Assembly (NCBI GenBank): GCA_963728205.1
Contig: CAVSIV010000001.1
Coordinates: forward strand, 736,001 to 800,000
Source of the DNA: an uncultured Chloroflexia bacterium
GTDB lineage: Bacteria; Chloroflexota; Dehalococcoidia; UBA2979
Length of the DNA stretch: 64,000 nt
Direction of reading: 5' to 3'
Part shown: one piece after another, positions 19,801 through 28,747 of the stretch
Numbering within the stretch: the first letter of the stretch is position 1
Layout of the letters: every line of letters starts with the position of its first letter
The notes under the pieces: generated by a model
Database searches by the model: none
Told to the model about the DNA's origin: nothing
What the model saw: the letters and a program-made list of their open reading frames with translations, nothing else
Made by a program: the position numbers and the translations under genes

Positions 19801-19902
19801 CGCGCGTGCGGGGCGGGCACGGTCGGCGCCCGGTTGCGGGCCCGGCGCGTGGTCGCTATCGTCCGCGGCTTCCCCCGGGGAAGCGCGCGAAGGAGAGCGA
19901 CG

Positions 19903-20820
19903 GTGCGCCCGCGATACGCAGCCGGCCTGGCGGCCGTCGCCCTGATCTGGGGCGCGAGCTTCCTGTTCATCAAGATCATGGTGGGCGCGATTGAGCCGGT
20001 GGCGGTGGGCTGGATCCGGCTTGGGGGCGGAGCGCTGTTCATCCTCGCGGTCGTGGCGGCGCGCGGGCGGCGGCTGCCGCCGCCGGGGCGCTGGCCGGAC
20101 GTCGCGGTCGTCGCGGTGTTCGGGAGTGCGCTGCCGTACGTGCTGATCCCCTGGGGGGAGACGCGCATCGCGTCGGGCCTCGCGGCGATCTTGAACGCGG
20201 CCACGCCGTTCTTCGCGGCGATCTTCGGGCACCTGCTGCTGTCCGCCGAGCGCATCACGCCGCGGCGCGCGCTGGGGCTGACCCTGGGGTTCATCGGCGT
20301 CGCGGTCGTGATCGGGCCGGACCTGCGGAACGTCACGAGCGGCGGCACGGCCGGCGAGCTCGCGGTCGTCGCGGCGGCGGCGAGCTACGGGATCGGGGCC
20401 GTGTACCTCCGGCGACGACTGCTCGGGATCGACTCGATGGTGCTGGCGGGGGTGCAGAGCGCGGTGGCCTGGGCGATCCTCACGCCGGTCGTGCTCGGCG
20501 CGGGGGTGGTGCCGGCGTTCGGCGAGCTGCCGCGGCGCGTGCTGCTGGCGTCGGCGGGGCTGGCGCTGCTGTCGTCGGGCGTCGCCCTGATCGTCTACTA
20601 CTGGCTGCTGAGCCACCTGCACGCCGCGCAGGCGTCGCTCGTCACCTACCTGGTCCCGGTGTCGGCGCTGTTCTGGGGGTGGCTCGTCCTCGGCGAGGTG
20701 GTGTCGCCGGACGTGCTGCCGGGCGTCGCGCTCGTGCTGACGGGGGTCGTGCTGGTGAACCGCGCGCCGCACGCCCGGCCGACGGCGGCCGCCGTCGCGA
20801 CGGTGGAGGCGGCCGAGTAG
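19903..20820 (+). CDS. DMT/EamA family transporter
   Basis: IWGASF, SGLAAIL, about 10 TM helices, VLGE. Confidence 0.88.
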   Translation: MRPRYAAGLAAVALIWGASFLFIKIMVGAIEPVAVGWIRLGGGALFILAVVAARGRRLPPPGRWPDVAVVAVFGSALPYVLIPWGETRIASGLAAILNAATPFFAAIFGHLLLSAERITPRRALGLTLGFIGVAVVIGPDLRNVTSGGTAGELAVVAAAASYGIGAVYLRRRLLGIDSMVLAGVQSAVAWAILTPVVLGAGVVPAFGELPRRVLLASAGLALLSSGVALIVYYWLLSHLHAAQASLVTYLVPVSALFWGWLVLGEVVSPDVLPGVALVLTGVVLVNRAPHARPTAAAVATVEAAE

Positions 20821-20832
20821 CGCGCCGGGCGC

Positions 20833-20866
20833 CGAACGGGCCGCCGGAATCCCGACGGCCCGTTCG
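20833..20866. terminator. Hairpin between convergent genes
   Basis: CGAACGGGCCG ... CGGCCCGTTCG, 11-bp stem. Confidence 0.45.
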
Positions 20867-20888
20867 CTCATGGGTGCTGGGTCGAGGC

Positions 20889-22010
20889 TCAGCGGCTCGA
20901 CGCGTGCTCGTTGGCGTGTCCGTTGGCCGGGCTTCCCGAGCCGTCCGCGGTTGCCGTCGCTGCTGGCGCCGTCCCGGTCGCGATCGGCGACGCTGTGGCG
21001 GTCGCGTCGTCGCCGTTCGCGTGCGCGGCGTCACGGTGCTCGACGCCCTGCGGCGACGCGTGCTCCGACTCGGCCGTAGCGGCCGCGCCGGCGCCGGCCG
21101 GATTCCCCTGCTGCTGCTGGCCCGCCTGGCCGAGCACCTGGATGCGGTCCACCTGGAGGTGATCGGCGTCGCAGCCCGCGAGCGTGTCCGGCAGCGGCGC
21201 GGCCGTGCACGTGCCGGAGATGAACACGCCGTAGCCGACGTAGTCGCCGAGGTTGACGCCGGTCACGTCCTCGGACGCGTCGGCGGTGGCGGTCGCCGTC
21301 GGGGTGACGGTTTCGGTCGCCTCCGCCGTCGGGTGGCCCTGCGGGTGCGCGGTTGCCGCGTGCTCGGCGGCCGGCTTGCCGGTCGCGTGCACAATCGACG
21401 GGTCGTACGCGAAGGTGATGTCGCCGTCGGCGGTCGTCACGGTCACGGTGCCGGCGTCCGCGCTCGCGACCTCGCCGCGGACGGTGAAGCTGCCGTCTGC
21501 GTGAAGCTGCGTGGTGAGATTGCCGGGAAGCTGCGTGCCCGTCGCGTGCGCGTGCTCCGCGGTCGCCGTGGCGGTCGCCGTGGCGGTCGCGGTGGTCGTC
21601 GCGGTGCCTTCCAGTTGCAGCGCCGCGTGCTCACCCGACGCGTGCGCGATGGCGTCGTGCACCGCCGGCGCGACGCCGGTCGTCTCTACGGCGACCGTGC
21701 CGCCCACCAGCACGGTCGCGCCGATGGCGACCGCCGCGATCTTGTTCGCCACGATGGCGGATAGCAGTCCACTCCACATGCTGAAACCTCCAGCCATGCG
21801 CCACCGCAGGCGTTGCCACGCCGCGCGGTTGACACGTCCGCTCGATCGATCGGTCGCAACCAGGTTCGCGATGCGTGCGCGGGCGCGAAGCATGTCGCTC
21901 GCGTCCGGCTCGAGCCCGTCGTGCGCCTCTCGAAAGAGCATCGACAGGTCCGGGTCGAGTCCGTCGCCCGGGACCGCGTCGTGCGCTCGGAGCCGCGAGA
22001 AGAGCCGCAT
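20889..22010 (-). CDS. Membrane-anchored protein, putative anti-sigma factor (Thr/Ala-rich, DUF5666-like beta domain)
   Basis: Starts 2 nt after the sigma factor stop; N-terminal cytoplasmic helix, one TM segment, extracellular TA repeats and FTVRGEVASA..TVTV motif. Confidence 0.6.
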   Translation of the reverse strand: MRLFSRLRAHDAVPGDGLDPDLSMLFREAHDGLEPDASDMLRARARIANLVATDRSSGRVNRAAWQRLRWRMAGGFSMWSGLLSAIVANKIAAVAIGATVLVGGTVAVETTGVAPAVHDAIAHASGEHAALQLEGTATTTATATATATATAEHAHATGTQLPGNLTTQLHADGSFTVRGEVASADAGTVTVTTADGDITFAYDPSIVHATGKPAAEHAATAHPQGHPTAEATETVTPTATATADASEDVTGVNLGDYVGYGVFISGTCTAAPLPDTLAGCDADHLQVDRIQVLGQAGQQQQGNPAGAGAAATAESEHASPQGVEHRDAAHANGDDATATASPIATGTAPAATATADGSGSPANGHANEHASSR

Positions 22011-22012
22011 CG

Positions 22013-22543
22013 TCAGCCTGCCTGCTGGTACTCGCGCTTGAATGCTCGGGTGGCACGGTGCATCAGCGCGCGGAACGCACCGTGTGAGCGGCCCATCGCC
22101 GCCGCGGCCTCGTCGCCGCTGAGGCCGACGACGTACCGCAGCTGGATCGCCTCCTGGTACTCGGCCGGCAGTCGCCCCAGCGCGTCGCGCACATCGACGG
22201 CCAGGAACTCGTCCGTCGGGCTTGCATCCACCTCCGAGAGCGCGCTGTGCGTGCGGCGCGACCGGACGTGCATGAGGAGCCGGTGGCGGGCGATGCCGAA
22301 GAGCCAGGCTTCGAACGGCTTGCCCCGCCACTCAAAGCAATCGAGCGAGCGGAACGCTTCCACGAAGGTCTCGGCAGCGAGGTCCTCGGCCGTCTCCCGT
22401 TCGGGGACGCGCACGCGGAAGTAGCGGATGAGCTTCGGGTAGTGCACCTCGAACAGCTCCTGCCAGGCGCGGCCGCTGCCGGCTCGCGCCGCCTCCACGT
22501 GCTCGCGGCCCCGGTCGGGGGTGATGGCTTCCTCCGCCGTCAT
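22013..22543 (-). CDS. ECF RNA polymerase sigma factor
   Basis: AEDLAAETF, AWLFGIARH (region 2); LPAEYQEAI.LRY..GLS..EAA..MG (region 4). Confidence 0.9.
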   Translation of the reverse strand: MTAEEAITPDRGREHVEAARAGSGRAWQELFEVHYPKLIRYFRVRVPERETAEDLAAETFVEAFRSLDCFEWRGKPFEAWLFGIARHRLLMHVRSRRTHSALSEVDASPTDEFLAVDVRDALGRLPAEYQEAIQLRYVVGLSGDEAAAAMGRSHGAFRALMHRATRAFKREYQQAG

Positions 22544-22725
22544 CGCGTTTCCGCTCACATCCTGATCAGTGCACCGGGCAGGCCGGTTGTTACTCACGGT
22601 TCGAGCAGGAAACGCGCAGAATCGGCGAGCGTTCGCATGGATGCGACGGCGGGCAGGCGCTTTTCGCGGCTGCGCGGGCGACGCCGGGACTGGAGCGCCG
22701 GCGCGCGGCGGGGCAGAATCGCCGC

Positions 22726-23499
22726 ATGAAGGTCGTCACCTGGAACGTGAACTCGATCAAGGCGCGGCTCCCGCGCGTGCTCGAGTTCCTCGAGCGCCAC
22801 GAGCCCGACGTCCTCTGCGTGCAGGAGACGAAGGTCGAGGCGTCGGCCTTCCCGCACGCCGACCTCGTCGCGGCCGGGTACCGCGCCGCCGATCACAGCA
22901 CGGGGCGCTGGGCGGGGGTCGCGGTGATTGCGCGCGAGGACCACCCGCTCACCGACGTCGTCCCCGGGCTGCCCGGCGCGCCCGCCTCCGAGGAGGGGCG
23001 CTGGGTGGAGGCGACGGTCGCGGGCATCCGGGTGGCGAGCGTCTACGTGATCAACGGGCGGTCACTCGACGACCCCATGTACGCGGCGAAGCTGGAGTTC
23101 CTCGCGGCGATGAAAACGCGCGTCGCCGCGCTCGCCGCGGGGCCGCTCGTCGTCGCCGGCGACTTCAACATCGCACCCGCCGACGTCGACGTGTATGACC
23201 CGGCGGCCTTCGTGGGCGCGACGCACGTGAGCGAGTCGGAGCGGCGCGCGCTCGCCGAGATCCTCGAGGCGGGCGTCATCGACGCGTTCCGAGCGGTCGA
23301 GCCCGAGGCCGTGCAGTACACGTGGTGGGACTACCGCGCCGGGCACTTTCACAAGGGGCTGGGGCTGCGCATCGACCTCCTCCTCGCGAGTCAGCCGCTC
23401 GTCCCACGGCTGTGCGGCTGCCGGATCGATCGCGACTTCCGGAAGGGGCCGAAGCCCTCGGACCATGTGCCCTTGATCCTCGAGATCGAGGACGCGTAG
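22726..23499 (+). CDS. xth: Exodeoxyribonuclease III
   Basis: TWNVNS, QETK, GDFNIA, YTWWDYR, RID, SDH. Confidence 0.93.
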   Translation: MKVVTWNVNSIKARLPRVLEFLERHEPDVLCVQETKVEASAFPHADLVAAGYRAADHSTGRWAGVAVIAREDHPLTDVVPGLPGAPASEEGRWVEATVAGIRVASVYVINGRSLDDPMYAAKLEFLAAMKTRVAALAAGPLVVAGDFNIAPADVDVYDPAAFVGATHVSESERRALAEILEAGVIDAFRAVEPEAVQYTWWDYRAGHFHKGLGLRIDLLLASQPLVPRLCGCRIDRDFRKGPKPSDHVPLILEIEDA

Positions 23500-23546
23500 G
23501 CCCGGTGCGCGGGACCGGTGGAGGCGCGTCGTGCGATGATCGGTCC

Positions 23547-24110
23547 ATGACCGGTGCGAACGGCTCGCTGGCGGGGCGGCTCCTGGTGGCGAGCCCGGAT
23601 CTGCTCGACCCGAATTTCCATCGCACGGTGCTGCTGCTGTGCGCGCACGACGAGCGCGGTGCGCTCGGCGTGGTGCTCAACCGCCCGCTGGCGGCGCTCG
23701 TCGCGGACCATCTCCCCGAGTGGGGGGCGCGCGTGGCGCAGCCCGGGAACCTCTTCGGCGGCGGGCCGGTCGAGCCGGGCGTTGCGCTCGCGCTCGGGCT
23801 CAGCGACGGGCCGCGCGACGAGGCGTGGTGGTCCCCCGTGACCGACCGCCTCGGCCTCGTCCAGATTGGGGACGACCCGGTGCCTGCCTTGCCCGAGCTC
23901 GAGCAGGTGCGGCTGTTCGGGGGCTACGCCGGCTGGGGTGAGGGGCAACTCGAGGGCGAGATCCTCGGGAAGTCGTGGTTCGTCCTCGACCCACTCCCCG
24001 GGGACCCGTTCACCCCGGAGCCCGAGCGCCTCTGGTACCGCGTGCTCCGGCGTCAGCGCGGCATCCTTGCGATGTACGCGTTCGTGCCGGTCGATGAGCG
24101 GGTGAACTAG
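23547..24110 (+). CDS. YqgE/AlgH (DUF179) family protein
   Basis: LDPNFHRTV, GVVLNRP, GGPV, GYAGWG.GQLE.E. Confidence 0.9.
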   Translation: MTGANGSLAGRLLVASPDLLDPNFHRTVLLLCAHDERGALGVVLNRPLAALVADHLPEWGARVAQPGNLFGGGPVEPGVALALGLSDGPRDEAWWSPVTDRLGLVQIGDDPVPALPELEQVRLFGGYAGWGEGQLEGEILGKSWFVLDPLPGDPFTPEPERLWYRVLRRQRGILAMYAFVPVDERVN

Positions 24111-24151
24111 GGCGCGGACACCCGTATGCGCCCCGGGGGCTGCTCGCGCGG

Positions 24152-25090
24152 CTACGCCTCCGGCGCGACCTGCATGCGGAACCAGTCGACGGTTTCGCGC
24201 ATCCCGTCGTCCAGCGCGACCCGTGGCTCCCAGCCCCAGGCCAGGCCGGCGTGACCGGGATCGAGCGCGATGCGTGCGATGTCGCCGGGCCGCTCGGGCC
24301 CGTAGATCACCGGGCGCTCGTAGCCGGTCAGGCCCGCGAGCCCGTCGAAGATCTGTTGCGTCGACGTCTCGACGCCCGTGCACACGTTGCAGGTCGCCGG
24401 CTCCGGGGCGTCCGCCGCCGCCCGCACCGCCGCGACCACATCACCGACGTAAACGTAGTCTCGCGTCTGGCTCCCGTCGCCGAAAATCGTGACGGGTTCG
24501 CCCCGCAACATGCGCTGGGCGAAGATCGCCACGACCCCCGCCTCGCCGTGCGGGTCCTGCCACGGCCCATAGACGTTCGACGGGCGCACCACCGCGACCT
24601 CCATGCCGGTCTGGCGAGCCACGACCTGCAGGTACAGCTCGGCCGCGGCCTTCGAGGCCCCGTAGATCGACTCGGGCGCGACGCGCGTCGACTCCGGCGC
24701 GGGCAGGGTGTCGGGCTGGCCGTACATCGCGCCGCCGCTGGATATGAAGACGAAGCGCCGGCAGCCGGCGTCGGCGGCGGCGCGTGCGAGCTCGACGGTC
24801 GCCAGCACGTTCGTCTCGATGTCCTCGCGCGGCTCGCGCATCGACACCGACACCGACGCCTGCGCGGCGAGGTGGTACACGACGTCCGGCGCGGCCTCGG
24901 TGACCGCCGCGCGCATGCGGTCGGCGTCGCGCAGGTCGAGCGTGACCTCGCGCGCGCCGTCCGGGAGTGCCCGTCGGCACGGCCGGCGGTCGATCGAGGT
25001 TACGGCGACGCCCGCGGCGCCGAGCGCGGCGGCGACATGCCCGCCGATGAAGCCGGCGGCCCCGGTGACGATCGCGCGGCCGGGCGTCAT
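24152..25090 (-). CDS. NAD-dependent epimerase/dehydratase (GalE-like)
   Basis: TGAAGFIG, HLAAQ, SSGG, YGASK, NVYGP, GDG.QTRDYV. Confidence 0.92.
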   Translation of the reverse strand: MTPGRAIVTGAAGFIGGHVAAALGAAGVAVTSIDRRPCRRALPDGAREVTLDLRDADRMRAAVTEAAPDVVYHLAAQASVSVSMREPREDIETNVLATVELARAAADAGCRRFVFISSGGAMYGQPDTLPAPESTRVAPESIYGASKAAAELYLQVVARQTGMEVAVVRPSNVYGPWQDPHGEAGVVAIFAQRMLRGEPVTIFGDGSQTRDYVYVGDVVAAVRAAADAPEPATCNVCTGVETSTQQIFDGLAGLTGYERPVIYGPERPGDIARIALDPGHAGLAWGWEPRVALDDGMRETVDWFRMQVAPEA

Positions 25091-25149
25091 GTTGTGCTCG
25101 CGGTCGGAGGACTGGTCATGCGACGAGGATACGGGGCGCACCGCTCCGC

Positions 25150-25518
25150 TCAAGCGAGCTCCAGCGCGATCGGCAGCGCCGTGTTCCGCCAGTTCGTCAG
25201 GTCGTTCGCGTAGCCCTCCTGGTACTTCGCGAAGAGGAGGTCGCGGGCGGTGGCGTCCTCGGGCGTGCCGGCGTCGACGACGCGCGCACGCGCGTCGAAG
25301 GTGCGCTCGGCGATGCGCACACTCACCGACGCGTCGCGGCGGATGTTGCGCACCCAGTCGGAGCCGTCGCGGCCGCCGGACATGAGGTAGATGGTGTCGG
25401 GCCGCTCGGCCGTGTGGCCGAACCAGATCTCGATCGTGTGCGGGCGCCCGGTGACGCGCCCGGTGGTCGTGAGGTAGCAGTACGGCTCGGCGAGCTCACC
25501 GTCGGTCAGAGGCATCAT
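25150..25518 (-). CDS. Deazaflavin (F420)-dependent oxidoreductase family protein
   Basis: LTTTGRVTG.P...EIWF and SDWVRN motifs. Confidence 0.8.
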   Translation of the reverse strand: MMPLTDGELAEPYCYLTTTGRVTGRPHTIEIWFGHTAERPDTIYLMSGGRDGSDWVRNIRRDASVSVRIAERTFDARARVVDAGTPEDATARDLLFAKYQEGYANDLTNWRNTALPIALELA

Positions 25519-25601
25519 GGGGTCCTTTCGGCGCTGGAGGCGATGCAGTGACAGGGCGGGACCAGCGGGGGTGGCTCGCTGCCCTCGATGCTTGTCGTCC
25601 G

Positions 25602-27011
25602 TCAGATCTCGGGCCACGTCTGCCACGGGCGCGCCTGCTCGAACGCATGCGACGCCTGCAGCACGAGGTCGTCGCCGTGGCGCGGGCCGACGATCTGCAG
25701 CCCGCACGGCAGCCCCGCGTCCGTGAACCCGGCCCGGACCGTTGCCGCGGGATGTCCGCTGTAGTTGAACGGCGCGGTGAACGCGATGAAGTTGATCGGC
25801 TGGTCCTCGACCTGCACGGGCAGCGGCCCCGCGGCGGCGAAGGCCTCGAGGGGCATCGTCGGTGTGAGCAGCAGGTCGTAGGCGTCGAAGAGCCGCGTCG
25901 TCCAATCGTTCAGGGCGGCGCGGCCGCGCGCGAACTCGCCGAACTCCTTCGGGCCGACCGTCATCGCGGCGTCCAGCCCGCGGCGGTAGCCCGCGCCGAA
26001 CTCGTCCGGACGCGCCGCGTACGCGTCCCACAGCTGGGCGCGGCCCTGGAAGCCCGTCATCCGCGGCCACCACTGGCCGAGTTGCGGGATCGGCTCGTCG
26101 TAGCGCTCGAGCGCGTGCCCGGCCTCTGCGAACGCGAGCACCGCGAGCTCGACCTGCACCGCGACGTCCGACTGCACGTGCGTCGCCCCCAGCGTCGGGC
26201 TGTACGCGATGCGCAGCGGGCGGAGCGGCGCGTCGAGCCGCTCGAGGTACGAGTAGCCGGGGTGCGGGAGCGAGTTCGGGTCGGCCGGGTGCGCGCCCGC
26301 GACCTGGTCGAGCATGAGCGCAGCGTCGCGAACGGTGCGCGTGAGCGGCCCGTAGACGCTCGTGTCGACCCACGACCAGAAGTCGGTGGGCCCGACCGGC
26401 ACACGGCCGAACGAGGTCTTCAGACCGTAGGCGCCGACGAAGCATGCGGGGATGCGCACGGACCCGCCGCCGTCGGAGGCCGTCACGAGCGGCACCATGC
26501 CCGACGCGATCGCCGCCGCGCTCCCCCCGCTCGACCCGCCCGGCGTGCGCTCGGCGTGCCACGGGTTGCGCGACGCGCCGAACAGCGCGTTGTCGGTGAA
26601 GCCCGTATAGCCGAACTCCGGAGTGTTGGTCTTGCCGATCGGAATCGCGCCCGCCGCCCGCAGCCGCGCGACCTGCACGGAGTCGCGCTGGCGGCGGTTG
26701 TCGCGGAAGGCGCGCGATCCGTACGAGGTCACCATCCCCGCGACATCCTCGAGGTCCTTCACGCCGAACGGCAGCCCACCGAGCGGGCCGAGGTCGTCGC
26801 CCTGCGCCACGCGGTCGGTCTGCGCGGCCGCCGCCGCCAGCGCGCCCTCACGGTCGAGCGCGACGAAGGCGTTGATGCGCGGGTTGAGCGCGTCGATGCG
26901 ATCGAGGGTGTGGCGCATCAGCTCGGTCGGCGAGAGCCGACGCTCGCGGATCCAGCGGGCGACGTCTTCGGCCGGCGCGAAGTCGAGCTCGGCGTCGGCA
27001 GTGTTGGCCAC
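25602..27011 (-). CDS. Amidase signature family protein
   Basis: [32 protein letters not shown]; AGGAGG before the GTG start. Confidence 0.92.
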   Translation of the reverse strand: MANTADAELDFAPAEDVARWIRERRLSPTELMRHTLDRIDALNPRINAFVALDREGALAAAAAQTDRVAQGDDLGPLGGLPFGVKDLEDVAGMVTSYGSRAFRDNRRQRDSVQVARLRAAGAIPIGKTNTPEFGYTGFTDNALFGASRNPWHAERTPGGSSGGSAAAIASGMVPLVTASDGGGSVRIPACFVGAYGLKTSFGRVPVGPTDFWSWVDTSVYGPLTRTVRDAALMLDQVAGAHPADPNSLPHPGYSYLERLDAPLRPLRIAYSPTLGATHVQSDVAVQVELAVLAFAEAGHALERYDEPIPQLGQWWPRMTGFQGRAQLWDAYAARPDEFGAGYRRGLDAAMTVGPKEFGEFARGRAALNDWTTRLFDAYDLLLTPTMPLEAFAAAGPLPVQVEDQPINFIAFTAPFNYSGHPAATVRAGFTDAGLPCGLQIVGPRHGDDLVLQASHAFEQARPWQTWPEI

Positions 27012-27054
27012 GGCGCGCCTCCTGTCCGAGGGCATCCTACCCGGCGCGCGGCAG

Positions 27055-27198
27055 AGCCTGTCCTGAGCCAGTCGAAGGGCTCCGGGCCTCGTCGGAAAGT
27101 CCAAGCGGCGGCAGAGATGCCGCCGACAGAAGCGCGGCGCCAGCCGCGGACGTGCGTCCGGGTGCTGTCGGCGGCACGTCTGCCGCCGCCTGACGTTC
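27055..27198. repeat. Composite REP/MITE-like palindromic element, copy 1
   Basis: About 88-bp core (27103-27191) nearly identical to 57777-57863, with imperfect terminal inverted arms; preceded by CCTGTCCTGAGCCAGTCGAAGG. Confidence 0.75.
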
Positions 27199-27386
27199 AT
27201 GCCTGCATGGCGCCCCCCACCCCCCGGCCGGCTGCCGTGAACCGCGAGCGCCGCTTGCGGCGTGGTGAGGGAGCTGCTGCACACGGCAGGCCAGAAGCCC
27301 GCCGCGCGGCGGAAGGCGTTGCTGCCTCCGGCTACCATGCGCGTGATGACGCGCCCGCCGCCCGCGGGCGCAGGAAGGGGAGCGCC

Positions 27387-28631
27387 ATGGCCGCGGCACT
27401 AGACGGGATGCGCATCCTGGACATGACCCAGTACGAGGCCGGTACCTCGTGCACGCAGATGCTTGCCTGGCTCGGCGCCGACGTCGTCAAGCTGGAGTCG
27501 CCGGCCGGCGACCCGGCCCGTCTTTCGTTCACGCGCGGCACCGACGACTCCCAGTACTTCCTCAACTACAACAGCAACAAGCGCAGCGTCTCGCTCGACC
27601 TCAAGTCGGAGCACGGCCGCGAGCTGTTCCTCCGCCTCGTCCCGCGCTTCGACGTCTTCGTCGAGAACTACGGCCCGGGCGTGATCGAGGCGCTCGGCAT
27701 CGGCTACGAGGCGTTGAGCGCACTGCATCCCGGCCTCATCTACTGCCGCATCAAGGGCTACGGCCTCTCCGGCCCGTATGCGAACTACAAGTGCTTCGAC
27801 CCGCTCGCCCAGGCCGCCGCCGGAGCGCTGTCGGTCACCGGCGAGCCGGACGGCCCACCGGTGAAGCCCGGCCCCACCGTCGCCGACACCGGCACCGGCA
27901 TGCAGGCGGCGCTCGCGATCACCGCCGCGTGGGCGCAGCGCATGCGCACCGGCGAGGGCCAGCTGATCGAGCTTTCGATGCAGGAAGTGATGACGATGTT
28001 CATGCGCACGACCGGCGTCGTGGACTGGAACGAGCGTCCCACGCAGCGCCGCAGCCACCGCGCGGGCGTCCCGACCGGCCTCTACCCCTGCGCCGGCGGC
28101 GGGCCAAACGATTACATCTACATGCTCATCGGCACCACGCGGATGTGGGACCAGCTGTGCGCCGCGATGGGCCGCGACGACCTCCTCCTCGACCCTCGCC
28201 TGCACTCCGGCGCCGGCCGGCGCGAGCACGCCGACCACGTCGACGCCGAGATCGCGAAGTGGACGCGGGAGCACGACAAGCACGAGGCGATGCGCATCCT
28301 CTGCGAGGCGGGCGTCGCGGCGAGCGCGGTCTTCGACACGATGGACGTCTTCCACGACCCGCATCTCCGCGCGCGCGGCTTCATCGTGGAGGTCGAGCAC
28401 CCGGCCGAGGGCACCGTGACGCTGATGCGCTCGCCGATTCGCATGAGCGCGTCCGAGGTGCCGCTGCGGCCGGCGCCCGTGCTGGGCGCCGACACCGAGG
28501 CGGTGCTCGGCGCCGAGCTCGGGCTCACGCAGGCGGACCTCGACGCGCTCTGGGGCGAGCGGGTCATCCACTCACGCGAGCGAGAGCGACGTGAGCGGCC
28601 GGCGGCGAACGCGCCGGCGCGCAGCGGATAG
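27387..28631 (+). CDS. Class III CoA-transferase, formyl-CoA transferase-like
   Basis: LDMTQYEAGTSCTQMLAWLGADV, NSNKRS, VENYGPG, VADTGTG. Confidence 0.85.
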   Translation: MAAALDGMRILDMTQYEAGTSCTQMLAWLGADVVKLESPAGDPARLSFTRGTDDSQYFLNYNSNKRSVSLDLKSEHGRELFLRLVPRFDVFVENYGPGVIEALGIGYEALSALHPGLIYCRIKGYGLSGPYANYKCFDPLAQAAAGALSVTGEPDGPPVKPGPTVADTGTGMQAALAITAAWAQRMRTGEGQLIELSMQEVMTMFMRTTGVVDWNERPTQRRSHRAGVPTGLYPCAGGGPNDYIYMLIGTTRMWDQLCAAMGRDDLLLDPRLHSGAGRREHADHVDAEIAKWTREHDKHEAMRILCEAGVAASAVFDTMDVFHDPHLRARGFIVEVEHPAEGTVTLMRSPIRMSASEVPLRPAPVLGADTEAVLGAELGLTQADLDALWGERVIHSRERERRERPAANAPARSG

Positions 28632-28747
28632 GCATCGCGTAGCGAGTGGGCATGACGATCGGCACCCTGCCGGGATGCCGCTCGACGCACACCAATCGGT
28701 TCGAGCGGGACCAGGCAGGGTGCCGATCACAGCGAGGGGGACTGACG

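Noticed and set aside
17920-20871. Very long antisense or alternative-frame ORFs (e.g. 983 aa here, 40050..43103, 300..2252)
   Set aside because: These are Arg/Ala/Pro-rich shadow ORFs expected in very high-GC DNA, overlapping well-supported genes
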